DNA from: an uncultured delta proteobacterium
GTDB lineage: Bacteria > Myxococcota_A > Polyangia > Polyangiales > Polyangiaceae
DNA length: 57,938 bases
Assembly: GCA_963716725.1 (NCBI GenBank)
Contig: CAVQUB010000028.1
Span: forward strand, 1-57,938
Direction: 5' to 3'
Below, piece after piece: positions 47,106-57,074 of this stretch. Position 1 is the first letter of the stretch, and each line of letters begins with the position of its first letter. The position numbers and the translations under genes are program-made. The notes beneath the pieces were generated by a model. That model ran no database searches. It saw only the letters and a program-made list of their open reading frames with translations, and was not told the origin of the DNA.

Positions 47106-50100
47106 CTAGACGGCCGCGGCCGGCTCCTCCTTGGGCAGATCGCGCGCCTTCCACAGCGCGAAGAGGGCGGGGTACACCAGGAGCTCGATCAAGAACGAAG
47201 TGACCAAGCCGCCCACCATCGGGGCGGTGATGCGCTTCATCACGTCCGATCCGGTCCCGGTGCTCCACATGATCGGCACCAGGCCGATCATCGTGGTGAG
47301 CACCGTCATCAACTTGGGTCGGATGCGCTGAGCCGCGCCCTCCACGATCGTGTCCTGCAGGTCGCTGAAGGTCTTCAGCTGGCCGGACTCCTGGCGCCGC
47401 TTATGAGCGATCTTCAGGTAGAGCAGCATCACCACGCCCGTCTCGGCGTCGAGTCCCGCCAGGGCGATCAGCCCCACCCAGACCGCGACGGACATGTGGT
47501 AGTCGAGCAGATAGAGCAGCCAGATGGCGCCCACCAACGAGAAGGGGACCGCCAGGAGCACCATCGCCGTCTCGACGACCGACTTGGTGTTGAGGTAGAG
47601 CAGGAAGAGGATCATGGCCAGGGTGATCGGGACGATCAGCGTGAGCTTCTCCTTCGCGCGCTCGAAGTACTTGAACTGCCCCGCCCACTCGATACGCTGA
47701 CCGGAGGGGATCTGGACTTCGGCCGCCACGGCCTTCCTGGCGTCCGCGACGTACTCGGCGATGGGCCGATCGCTGATGTCGACGAAGACGAAGCCGACGA
47801 GCTTGCCGCTCTCGCTGCGCAGCATGTCGGGCCCGGTCGTGAAATCGAGCTTGGCGACCTGTGAGAGCGGGATCTGCGCGCCCGATGGCGTCGCGACCAG
47901 CACGTTCTTCATGGTCTCGGGGGTGTCGCGGAACTCGCGGGCGTAGCGCACGTTGATCGGGTAGCGCTCGCGGCCCTCGACTGTCTCGCTGATGTTCATG
48001 CCGCCGATGCTCGACATGATCACGTCGTTCACGTCCTGAACCAGCAGCCCGTGCCGCGCGGCTTCGGCGCGGTCCACGCTGAAGTCGGCGAAGAATCCGC
48101 CGGCGGCGCGCTCGGCGTAGGCGCTGCGGGTCCCCGGCACCTTGGCGACGGCCTTCTCGATGGCCACCGCCGTCTTTTCGATGCCCTGCACGCTGTCGCC
48201 GATAGACCTTGATGCCGAGCTGGCTGCGAATACCGGTCGCCAGCATCTCGGTGCGAGTCTGGATCGGCATCCACCAGGCGTTGGGCATGCCCGGGTACTG
48301 GAGCGTTGCATCCATCTCCTTGACCAGGCCCTCCCAGGTCAGGCCCGGGCGCCACTGATCCTTGGGCTTGAGCAGGATGACGATCTCGGCCATCGACAGG
48401 GGGGCCGGATCGGTCGGCGTGTCGGCGCGCCCCGCCTTGCCGAAGACGGTCACGACCTCGGGGAAGGTCTTGAGCTGACGGTCCATCGACTGCAGCACCT
48501 TCACGGCTTCGGACTCGCTCATCCCAGGCGGAGAGGTGGGCATGTACAAGATCGAGCCCTCGTTCAGCGGGGGCATGAACTCGCTCTGAAGGCGCATGTA
48601 CGCCGGGATCGTGAAGATGATGCCGAGCAGGGCGGCGACGATCATCGTGCGGCGGTAGCGCACGACGAGCCGCACCACCGGCGAGTACAGGGCGATCAGC
48701 CAGCGGTTGAGGGGGTTGGCTTCTTCGCCGCGGATCTTGCCGCGGATGAAGATGGCGGCCAGGGCCGGTGTCAGCGTGATGGCCAGGATGGCCGCGAAGC
48801 CCATCGAGTAGGTCTTGGTGAACGCCAGCGGCTTGAAGAGCCGCCCCTCGGTGGCCTCCAGCGTGAACACGGGCATGAACGAGACCGTGATCATCAAGAG
48901 CGAGAAGAAGATGCTGGGCCCGACCTCTTGCATCGCCTCGACGATCACATTGACCCGGTCGCCGGGTTTGCCCTCGGCCTGCCAGTGCTCCAGCTTCTTG
49001 TGGATGTTCTCGATCAGGATGATCGACGCGTCCACCATGGCGCCCAGGGCCACGGCGATGCCGCCCAGGGACATGATGTTGATGGTCAGCCCTTGGTAGT
49101 ACATTGGGATGAACGCCAGCAGCACTCCGAGCGGCAGCGTCAAAACCGGGATCAGCGCGCTCCGGACGTGCAACAGGAAGAGGAAGATGATCAGGCTGAC
49201 CACCACCATCTCCTCGATCAAGGTGTGCTTCAGCGTCTTGATCGACGCTTCAATCAGCTCCGAGCGGTCGTAGGTGACGACCAGCTTCACGCCTGGGGGC
49301 AAGGCCGATTCGAGCTCTTTCAGCCGGTGTTTGACCCGCGCGATCACGTCCAGGGCGTTCTCGCCGTAGCGCATCACGACGATGCCACCGACGGCCTCTC
49401 CTTTCCCGTCGAGGTCGGCGACTCCGCGCCGCATGTCGGGCCCCAGTGACACCTCGCCCACGTCGCGCACGTAGACCGGCGCGCCGTCCGGGCGCACCTT
49501 GAGCGGGATGAGTTCGAGGTCCTCCTTCTTCTTCACGTAGCCGCGGCCCCGCACCATCTGCTCGGTGCCCGCGATCTCGATCACGCGGCCTCCAACGTCT
49601 TGGTTCGAGGCGCGCACTCGGCGGATCACCTCCGAGACGCTGACGCCCTGGCTGCGCAGTTTGTTGGGGTCGAGATTGACCTGGTACTGCTTGATGTAGC
49701 CCCCCACGGAGGCGACCTCGGCCACCCCCGGAACGGCCTCGAGCGAGTAGCGCAGGGTCCAGTCTTGCAAGCTGCGCAGCTCGGAGAGGTCGTGCTTTCC
49801 GGTCTCGTCGACGAGCGCGTATTGGAACACCCAGCCCACGCCGGTAGCGTCGGGTCCGATGCTCGGGGTCACGCCCTCGGGCAGCTTGCCCTGGGCGGTG
49901 TTCAGGTACTCGAGCACCCGCGATCGCGCCCAATAGATGTCCGTGCCGTCTTCGAAGATGACGTACACGAACGATCCTCCGAAGAAGGACTGCCCGCGCA
50001 CCGCCTTGACGTTGGGCGCCGAGAGCAGGGTGCTGGAAATCGGGTAGGTGATCTGATCTTCCACCAGGTCGGGGCTTCGACCCGGCCAATCCGTGTAGAT

Positions 50101-50277
50101 GATCACCTGCGCGTCGGAGAGATCCGGGATGGCGTCGAGGGGCCCGTGCCTCATGCCGTAGACACCCCAGAGCGACATGGCCGCCACGAAGATCAGGGTC
50201 ATGTACCTGTTCTTCGCGCACCACGCGATCACCCGTCCGACGACGCCGGAGCTTTCAGCCGAGCTCACGCCGCTCAT
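47106..50277 (-). CDS. cusA: CusA-type heavy-metal efflux RND permease (Cu/Ag); 1-bp frameshift at about 48202
   Basis: DAIPDLSD, VEDQITYP, GPDATGVGW; Met triad equivalents ILYMP, APLSM and RTEML; LDAETGVVM, RIRPKLMT. The C-terminal part is in ORF 47106-48311. Confidence 0.9.
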
Positions 50278-52076
50278 CACCACATCTCCGTGGCGCTCTT
50301 CAGTCGGCTGTCGGCGGCGATCAGGAAGTTGCCGCTGGTCACCACGCGCTCACCCGCCTTCAGGCCGTCGAGCACCTCGAAGTAGTCGGCCGATCGGATT
50401 CCGACCTTGATCTCGCGGGGCTTCAGCCGATCGTTGCCGACGTCCACGAAGACGATGCGGCGCGGTCCCGAGTAGATCACCGCGGAGTCCGGCACCACCA
50501 ACTTCTCGCCTCGGCTGACGGTCAGCGCGACGTTGGCGTACATGTCGGGCTTGAGCTCGACGTCTTTGTTCGCCAGCTCGATCCGGACCTTGCCGGTGCG
50601 TGTTGCCGGGTCGAGGTAGGGGTAGACGAAGGTGACCTTGCCGGAGAAGTCTCGGTCGGGAAGGTAGGGGAGGGTGACCTTGGCTTCGTGGCCGAGGGGT
50701 ACGAGCGGGATCTCCTCTTCGTACAGCTCGGCCTCGATCCAGACCTTGTCCAAGTTGGCGATGCGCATCAGGCGCATGCCGGGCTCGACGGCCGAGCCGT
50801 CGAAGACGTTCTTTTCGACCACGAAGCCGCTGGCGGGAGAGGAGATGGGAACGTAGCGGACGGGCTTGCCGTCCTTCTCGACTTTGTCGATGGTGCCCTT
50901 CGAGACGTCCCACAGCCTGAGCCGCAGCCGCGCTGCGTCGACCAGCGTATCGGGTCGTCCCGCTCCGCCGTCGATGCCCCGACGGCTGGACAGAGCCAGC
51001 AAGAGCTCCTCCTGAGCGGCGTAGATCTCCGGGCTGTAGACCGTGAACAAGGTCTGTCCGCGGCGCACCTTCTTGCCGGTGGCGTTGGCGACCAGAGTGC
51101 CGATGTAACCCTTGAACTTGATGGTCACCTCGGTGAGGCGCGTCTCGTCGTAGGTGATGCGCCCGACGGTCTTGATCTGGCGCTCCACCGCGCGCTTCTC
51201 GACCAGCGCGGTCTTGACCCCGATCAGCTGCCGGCGTGCCGCATCGACCCGCACGGTCCCGGTCGCGAGCTCTTCCTTGGTGACGGCCACCAGGTCCATG
51301 CCGCAGATCGGGCACTTGCCCTGCGTCGGCTGCTTGACCGACGGGTGCATGGGACAGGTGTAGTGGGCGACTTCGCCGGGAGCAGCGTCCGCGGCGGCGT
51401 GCGCTGCGTGTTCGCCCGGCGGCTCGACCCAGGTGCTCTCCGATCCGCAGGTGAGCATCTTCTTGCCCATGTACGGGTTTTCGAGCCGTTCTCCCCGTTG
51501 AAGCCACTTGTTGAAACCCGACACCATTGGGCACTCGAAGATGCGACGCTCTTTGGCCAGGCGTTGATCGGCCGCGACGATCGACACGATGGACTCGCTC
51601 AGATCGCCGAAACGCTTGCGGCCGTCGTCGAGGCTCTCGGCCTTGGCTAGCCCTTTCGCCTCGCTCGATCCGGCTTGGAAGCGCTGCTTCACCTCGAGGG
51701 GCGCTTGCTCGAGGCCGGAGTGCGCGGCGGCGAGGGCCGCGGCGAGGCGCTGACTCGAAGCGGCGACGCCTTCGAGCGTGTCTTGCACCAGCGAGGTTCG
51801 GATCTCCTCGTAGGCGTCGAGCGCGGTGCGGACCGAGGCCAGAACCGGTTCGGGGAACTGCTGTTCGGGCAGCGGCGGCAGCCTCGGCTGACCGGGCTTG
51901 CCGGCCGCCGGACTGGCTGCGCTGCTCGTCGCGTGGGGCGCTACCGGCGAAGAACCGCCGGACTTCGGCGAGAACCAGGCCACGATGGGCCGGCGGAAGA
52001 CGAGCCCGAGGATCACGGCGACGACCAAGGCCAGCGCCGGGAGCAGCTTGTATTTGTGGCGATCCAAGGCGCTCAT
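50277..52076 (-). CDS. cusB: CusB-type RND periplasmic adaptor with DUF3347-like and heavy-metal-binding domains
   Basis: FECPM..WLQ..NPYMG..ML.CG, YTCPMHP..CPICGMDL, YSPE, LKPDMYA, VVTSGNFLI. Confidence 0.88.
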   Translation of the reverse strand: MSALDRHKYKLLPALALVVAVILGLVFRRPIVAWFSPKSGGSSPVAPHATSSAASPAAGKPGQPRLPPLPEQQFPEPVLASVRTALDAYEEIRTSLVQDTLEGVAASSQRLAAALAAAHSGLEQAPLEVKQRFQAGSSEAKGLAKAESLDDGRKRFGDLSESIVSIVAADQRLAKERRIFECPMVSGFNKWLQRGERLENPYMGKKMLTCGSESTWVEPPGEHAAHAAADAAPGEVAHYTCPMHPSVKQPTQGKCPICGMDLVAVTKEELATGTVRVDAARRQLIGVKTALVEKRAVERQIKTVGRITYDETRLTEVTIKFKGYIGTLVANATGKKVRRGQTLFTVYSPEIYAAQEELLLALSSRRGIDGGAGRPDTLVDAARLRLRLWDVSKGTIDKVEKDGKPVRYVPISSPASGFVVEKNVFDGSAVEPGMRLMRIANLDKVWIEAELYEEEIPLVPLGHEAKVTLPYLPDRDFSGKVTFVYPYLDPATRTGKVRIELANKDVELKPDMYANVALTVSRGEKLVVPDSAVIYSGPRRIVFVDVGNDRLKPREIKVGIRSADYFEVLDGLKAGERVVTSGNFLIAADSRLKSATEMW

Positions 52077-53500
52077 CGGGCGCCTCCTTTCCGGGATCCG
52101 AGCGGGAAGCGGCCCTGGGATCGGTCGAGGCGTGCGCGTCGCTTCGAGAGCTCGGCGGCGGCGGCGTGACGCGCGAGCTGCACGTTGCGCAGGCTCTTCT
52201 CTGCCGAGATCACCGTGGCGAAGTTGGTGTTGCCGGCGCCGAAGTCGGCTCTGGCCGCCGCGACCTGGCTCCGGGCGGTGGGGATCAGTCGACTGTCGTA
52301 CAGCGTTACCACCTGGATGGCCTCGACGACCCGCCTGCGATCGACCTCGACGCGCGCGCGGATCCTGTCGGTCACGCTCTTTGCGTCGTGATCGAGCTCG
52401 GCCGCCATGGCGCTGGCTTCGTCCACCATGCCCGCGCGACTGCCACGTTGGACCGGGATGGGCGCCTCGAAGCCGAGCATGAACTGGTGCTCGATCTCCG
52501 CGAACATGGAGCTGTAGCTCGCCATCAAGGTCACGTCCGGGTAGTACTGGCGTTCGGCGTAGCGGATGCGGGCCTGAGCTGCCCGTGACTTCGCGGCCAG
52601 CTTCTTGAGCTCCGGGCTCGACGCCACTGCCCGACGTTGGAGATCGACGCTCGCGGGCGGAATGCTCAGCACGACGCCGAGGTCGGCGGGCGGAGCGGGT
52701 AGCGGGCGCTGGGGTGGCCGGTGCAAGAGCGCGTTCAGCTGCGTCACCACGATGTCCCTCCGGGAAGCCAAGCCGAGATCTTGCTCCTCGAGCATGGCGA
52801 TCTCGAGCTCGGCTTGGAGCGGATCCGAGAGCGAGGCGCGGCCGACGGAGTACTGAATTTCAGCGCTGCGTTTCAGCTCGCCGAGCAGGTTCCGGTGCTC
52901 GGAGTTCACCTCGGCGGAGCGATCGACGAGCCAATACTCGTCGTAGAGCAGCGAGGCCTCGAGGGCGAGATCCAGCTCGGTCAGCTCGAGCTCGTGCCCG
53001 CTGGCGGCGGCCGCGCGCTCCTCGGCTTCCGACGCATTGGCGAGCTTTCCAGGCCAGGGGAAGCGCTGGCTCAGGCGAACGGTCTGGCCAAAGCGCATCT
53101 TCGAGACGACGCTGAGGGGCGCGATCTCGTAGCCGAGCATCGGGTCGTCGAGGGAGTCGACCTGTCGCCCCTTGCTGCGCGCAGCTCGCCAGGCCGCCCG
53201 TCGAGCGTCGATGTCCGGGTTCTTGGCGAGGACCTCGCGGATGACGAGCCCGCGATCCAGTCCGGCACCGGCGACCGTGCCCGGCGCGGTGGCGGGGCGC
53301 TCTTCGGAGATCGCAACCGCCCGCGCACCGGGCGTGGGCTGAGCGCCCGAGACCGTGAGGCTCCCAGGCTCGCTTTCGTTGCCGGCGCGGGCCTCGGCCG
53401 CGGGTCGGGCCGGCACGCAAGCGGCGCTGAGGGCGAGAAGCAGGGCGCTGGGCGTGAGCCAGCGTCGGGGAGCGAGCAGATGGAACGATGGAACGAACAT
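52073..53500 (-). CDS. TolC/CusC-family outer-membrane efflux lipoprotein
   Basis: Lipobox SAAC, NPD, SQRFPWPGK, SPEL, YYPD; directly upstream of cusB and cusA. Confidence 0.85.
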   Translation of the reverse strand: MFVPSFHLLAPRRWLTPSALLLALSAACVPARPAAEARAGNESEPGSLTVSGAQPTPGARAVAISEERPATAPGTVAGAGLDRGLVIREVLAKNPDIDARRAAWRAARSKGRQVDSLDDPMLGYEIAPLSVVSKMRFGQTVRLSQRFPWPGKLANASEAEERAAAASGHELELTELDLALEASLLYDEYWLVDRSAEVNSEHRNLLGELKRSAEIQYSVGRASLSDPLQAELEIAMLEEQDLGLASRRDIVVTQLNALLHRPPQRPLPAPPADLGVVLSIPPASVDLQRRAVASSPELKKLAAKSRAAQARIRYAERQYYPDVTLMASYSSMFAEIEHQFMLGFEAPIPVQRGSRAGMVDEASAMAAELDHDAKSVTDRIRARVEVDRRRVVEAIQVVTLYDSRLIPTARSQVAAARADFGAGNTNFATVISAEKSLRNVQLARHAAAAELSKRRARLDRSQGRFPLGSRKGGAR

Positions 53501-53504
53501 GAAA

Positions 53505-53604
53505 AACCTCTCCGCGTCACAGCGACGAGCGCGCCGAATCGACGGCGCTCGCCAGCCCAGCGCGACGCACCAGTGCGCAGCGCCCGAGCGAGACGGGGGA
53601 GGTT
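53505..53604 (-). promoter_or_regulatory. Structured intergenic RNA in which an anti-SD pairs with the TolC/CusC Shine-Dalgarno
   Basis: AACCTCCCCCGTC (53604-53592, starting in the leader stop codon) is complementary to GACGCGGAGAGGTT (53518-53505); two internal hairpins lie between them. Confidence 0.55.
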
Positions 53605-54005
53605 CAGATCAAAATCGCGCAGTTGCGCAGGAAGATCGGTGGACCCAGCGGTGGCGGACCGCGGGCACGGGGGGCGAAGGTCTTGCTCTCGGCCAGCGCC
53701 CACTCGATGCGCACGATGGCAGGCAGGAGTTCGAGCAGGACCGCCGGCGGCACGTCGGAGGCCGCTCCAGCCTGAACCGCCGACGCTTTCTCCGCGTGGC
53801 TCGTGACGTCCTTGCAGCAGGCGGCGCGATCGATGGCGGGCGTCTTGCAGTGCGCGGACTCGGGTTCGCTGTGCTGGCAGCAGCAGGCCTTGCCGGCACG
53901 TCCGCCCATGTTGCAGAGGCTGAGCACGCGGGCGAACGCCGTGACCGGGACCAGGAGGCCCGCCACCAACGTGATCACCAGGACGTGCAAGCGCAGCTGC
54001 TTCAA
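53604..54005 (-). CDS. Cys-rich exported leader protein with RGPP motif, upstream of cusCBA
   Basis: Signal peptide ending AFA; C..CCC..C..CC; RARGPPPLGPPIFLRNCAILI*. Start placed at TTG 54005 (TACACT 9 nt upstream); ATG 54062 is the alternative. Confidence 0.7.
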   Translation of the reverse strand: MKQLRLHVLVITLVAGLLVPVTAFARVLSLCNMGGRAGKACCCQHSEPESAHCKTPAIDRAACCKDVTSHAEKASAVQAGAASDVPPAVLLELLPAIVRIEWALAESKTFAPRARGPPPLGPPIFLRNCAILI

Positions 54006-54070
54006 TGCAAGGCCAGTGTAGCTGCCGCGCCCTGCGCTGTCACCCGGCGGCGGGAGGGGCATTTCAGGCC

Positions 54071-55429
54071 TCAGTTCGCCGGACCGCTGGCGGTGCCGCC
54101 ACCCTCGAGCTTGTTGCCGCCGTAGGGCTTCACCTTCGGCAGGGGCCCCCAGACCTTTTGATAGAGCGCCTTCATCTCGGCCAGCTTCTCGGGCTGGGTC
54201 TTGGCGAGGTTCTTGGTCTCTCCGGGATCGCTCTTCAGGTCGTAGAGGTCGAAGCGCCAGTCGTTGCCGAAGACCAGCAGCTTGTAGTCACCGCTGATCA
54301 GCGCCCGGCGCTCGGGGTTGTTGCTGTCGGCGGGCAGGTCGAGCAACACCGGTCGGTCCTTGGGTGCCGCGCCGCCGAGCTCGGCCACCAGGGACTCGCC
54401 GACGAAGTCGTTGGAGGCTTTGACGCCCATCAGCTCGACGATGGTCGGAGCGAAGTCGATGCTGGATCGCGGCGACTCGATGCGGCGCGCCTGGATGTTG
54501 GGCCCGCAGAACATCAGCGGGACGTGCACCAGCATTTCCCAGAGCTCGAAGGCGTGCCGGTACATGTTGTGCTCGCCGAAGGCTTCGCCGTGATCGGCGC
54601 TCACGATCACCACGGTCTTGTCCCACCACGACTGCTTCTTCATGTGGTCGAGCAGCTTGCCGATCCACAGATCGGTGTAGAACACCTCGGAGTCGTATTT
54701 GTCCCGGACCTTCTTGCCGAAGACCGGCGTGTCCTTGTGCTGGTGGTAGACGTCGTGCGGGTCCATGTAGTGCAGGTACATGAAGAAGGGTTTGTCCTTC
54801 GGCGCGGCCTCGAGCTGCTGGATGGCCAGCGGCGTCACCTTGTGGCTGGTGACGTGGTTGTCGGTCTGCGCGTCAAAAGAGAGCCCGTCCACGATGCGCC
54901 AGTCCGCGAAGCCTTGATCCATGCCGTTGTGGCCCTTGCGCATGTACATATGAGCGTGCGTGCTCATGGTGTGCGCGCCGGCCGCGCTGAGCAGCTCGGG
55001 AAAGAACAGGTTGCTCTCCGAGTACTTGGTGAAGAAATAGCCGCTGCGTTTGAGCGTGCTCGGGTACTTGCCCGAGAGCGCAGCCGCGACGCTCTTCGCG
55101 GTGTAGCTGGAGGTGGAGTAGCCCCGCGTGTAGCTGGCGCAGGACTTCTCCAGAGCCGCCAGGTTCGGGGCGATGTCCCGCGGGTAGCCGCTCCACGGCA
55201 TGTCGGCGCGCAGGCTGTCGACCAGCAGGAGGACCACGTTGAAGGGTCCCTGCTTCGGCGCGGGTGCAGGCGCTGGGGTCGCCGTGGTGGCAGGCGGTGC
55301 GGGCGCGGCGCCGGTCTCTGCTGGCGCGGCGCCGGTCGGCGTCGGCGGCGGCAAAGGCGCCGGCTCGACGGGAGGCGACGCACCGGCGCAACCCGCGACC
55401 AGCGCGGCGGTCCACAGCAAGGTCCTCAC
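54071..55429 (-). CDS. Sulfatase-like (alkaline phosphatase superfamily) lipoprotein
   Basis: NVVLLLVDSLRAD, SSYTAKS, HYMDPH, SADHGEAFGEH, HVPL, LYDLKSDPGE. Confidence 0.88.
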   Translation of the reverse strand: MRTLLWTAALVAGCAGASPPVEPAPLPPPTPTGAAPAETGAAPAPPATTATPAPAPAPKQGPFNVVLLLVDSLRADMPWSGYPRDIAPNLAALEKSCASYTRGYSTSSYTAKSVAAALSGKYPSTLKRSGYFFTKYSESNLFFPELLSAAGAHTMSTHAHMYMRKGHNGMDQGFADWRIVDGLSFDAQTDNHVTSHKVTPLAIQQLEAAPKDKPFFMYLHYMDPHDVYHQHKDTPVFGKKVRDKYDSEVFYTDLWIGKLLDHMKKQSWWDKTVVIVSADHGEAFGEHNMYRHAFELWEMLVHVPLMFCGPNIQARRIESPRSSIDFAPTIVELMGVKASNDFVGESLVAELGGAAPKDRPVLLDLPADSNNPERRALISGDYKLLVFGNDWRFDLYDLKSDPGETKNLAKTQPEKLAEMKALYQKVWGPLPKVKPYGGNKLEGGGTASGPAN

Positions 55430-56787
55430 GGCTTCTTCTCCACGGGGCCGGTCGGGCCCTTGGCGCTGCCGCCTTCCTTCAGCTTCATGCCGCCGTAGGG
55501 TTCGACGAAGCCGATCTTGCCGAACTTCTCGGCGAAAACCAGCTTCATCTCGGCGAGCTTCTCGGGCTCGGCACGGCTGAGTTCCGTCTTCTCACCGGGA
55601 TCGTTCTTCAGGTTGAACAGCAGGTGCTTGGACCCGCGGCCCCAGACCGTCAGCTTGTAGTCGCCACTGATCACGGCGCGCCGCGGCGGGTTGTGGCTGT
55701 CCTCGGCCAGTTCGACGGCGATGGGCTCGCGACTCTCGGCTTCACCGCCCGCGAGCTCGGGCTTCAGGCTCTTGCCCTGAAACTGCTCGAGGGGCTTCTC
55801 TCCCAAGAGCTCCATGATCGTGGGCGCGAGATCGATCAGCGAGCGACGGGCGTCGATGCGTCGTGGCTTGGTGTCCGGAAGCTTCACGATCAGCGGAACC
55901 CGGACCAGCACCTGCCAGACGTCGAAGGCATGTTTCCAGGCGCCGTTCTCGCCGAAGGCCTCGCCGTGGTCCGACGTGATGATCAGCGCGGTGTCCTTCC
56001 ACCAGGGCTGGCCCTTGCACCAGTCCAGCAGCTTGCCGAGCCACAGATCCGTGTGGAAGACCTCGGCGTCATAGCGGTCGCGGTTCTTGTTGCCGAAGTC
56101 CGGCGCGTCGGAGTGCTTCTTGTACTCGTCGTGCGGGTCCATGAAGTGGGTCCACGCAAAGAAACGCTTGCCGGTGTTTTCCGGCTTGCCCAGGATTTCC
56201 ATCGCGAGGTTGACGGTCTTCTCACTGGTGATGTGCTCGTCGGTGTTCGGGTTGAAGGTGATGCCCGGCACCAGCTCCCACACGTCGAAGCCCTGGTCGA
56301 GGCCCTTGCCGCGACCCAGGTACATGTGGGCTTGCCAGGCCAAGGTCCGGATCCCCTTCTCTTGGAGCACCTCGGGGAAGAAGGTGTTCGCCTTGGCGTA
56401 GCTCGTGAAAAACCACCCTGCTCGATACAGCGTGGCGGCGTAGCGCCCCGTCATGTACGTGGCGACGCTCTGCGCCGTGTAGCTCGATGGCGAGTAGGCC
56501 TCGGTGTAGACGATGCTCTCGTCGACGAGCTTGGTCAGGTTCGGCGCGATCTTCCGCTCGTACCCGGTCCAGGGCATGTCCGCGCGCAGGCTGTCGACAG
56601 TCAACAGCAGCACGTTCAGTGGCCTCGGCTCGGGGGCTGCCGCGGGCGGAGCGGAGGCTGAGGCGGCGGGGGCAGCCGCGCTCGGCGCCGCTGCTGGACT
56701 CGGGCTCGACGCGCTCGGCGCGGGAGGCTCGGATTTCGAGCAGGTGACGGCGGAAAAGGCCAGAAGGAGCGTTGCGAGCTTGCGCAC
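55426..56787 (-). CDS. Sulfatase-like lipoprotein, tandem paralog
   Basis: NVLLLTVDSLRAD, SSYTAQS, HFMDPH, TSDHGEAFGE, LFNLKNDPGE; GTGA overlap. Confidence 0.88.
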   Translation of the reverse strand: MRKLATLLLAFSAVTCSKSEPPAPSASSPSPAAAPSAAAPAASASAPPAAAPEPRPLNVLLLTVDSLRADMPWTGYERKIAPNLTKLVDESIVYTEAYSPSSYTAQSVATYMTGRYAATLYRAGWFFTSYAKANTFFPEVLQEKGIRTLAWQAHMYLGRGKGLDQGFDVWELVPGITFNPNTDEHITSEKTVNLAMEILGKPENTGKRFFAWTHFMDPHDEYKKHSDAPDFGNKNRDRYDAEVFHTDLWLGKLLDWCKGQPWWKDTALIITSDHGEAFGENGAWKHAFDVWQVLVRVPLIVKLPDTKPRRIDARRSLIDLAPTIMELLGEKPLEQFQGKSLKPELAGGEAESREPIAVELAEDSHNPPRRAVISGDYKLTVWGRGSKHLLFNLKNDPGEKTELSRAEPEKLAEMKLVFAEKFGKIGFVEPYGGMKLKEGGSAKGPTGPVEKKP

Positions 56788-56819
56788 GCTCGGCTCCTAA
56801 CAGAGCTAGGTTTGCTGCG

Positions 56820-57074
56820 CTACTCGGAGATCTCTTTCTCGAGTTTGTCGAGCTCCGCCTCGGCGTTCTCCGCCGTGATCTTCTGCTCGGCTTCGTCCTC
56901 GAAATCTTCCTCGACCGGCATCTCGTCGCGGGCTTCCGCGGTCGCCGCGGCAGCCGTGGTCGGGGTTGCGGCGGTTCCGGCGGGCGCGGCAGCGGGTGCC
57001 GGCGCTTCTTTCTTGTCGCAGGCGGCCAGCGACAGTCCCAGGAAGGTGAGCGCGAGGATCAGCGCCGGCTTCAT
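56820..57074 (-). CDS. Small acidic lipoprotein
   Basis: Lipobox LAAC, Ala/Pro linker, EEDFEDEAEQKITAENAEAELDKLEKEI helix; ATGA overlap. Confidence 0.7.
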   Translation of the reverse strand: MKPALILALTFLGLSLAACDKKEAPAPAAAPAGTAATPTTAAAATAEARDEMPVEEDFEDEAEQKITAENAEAELDKLEKEISE

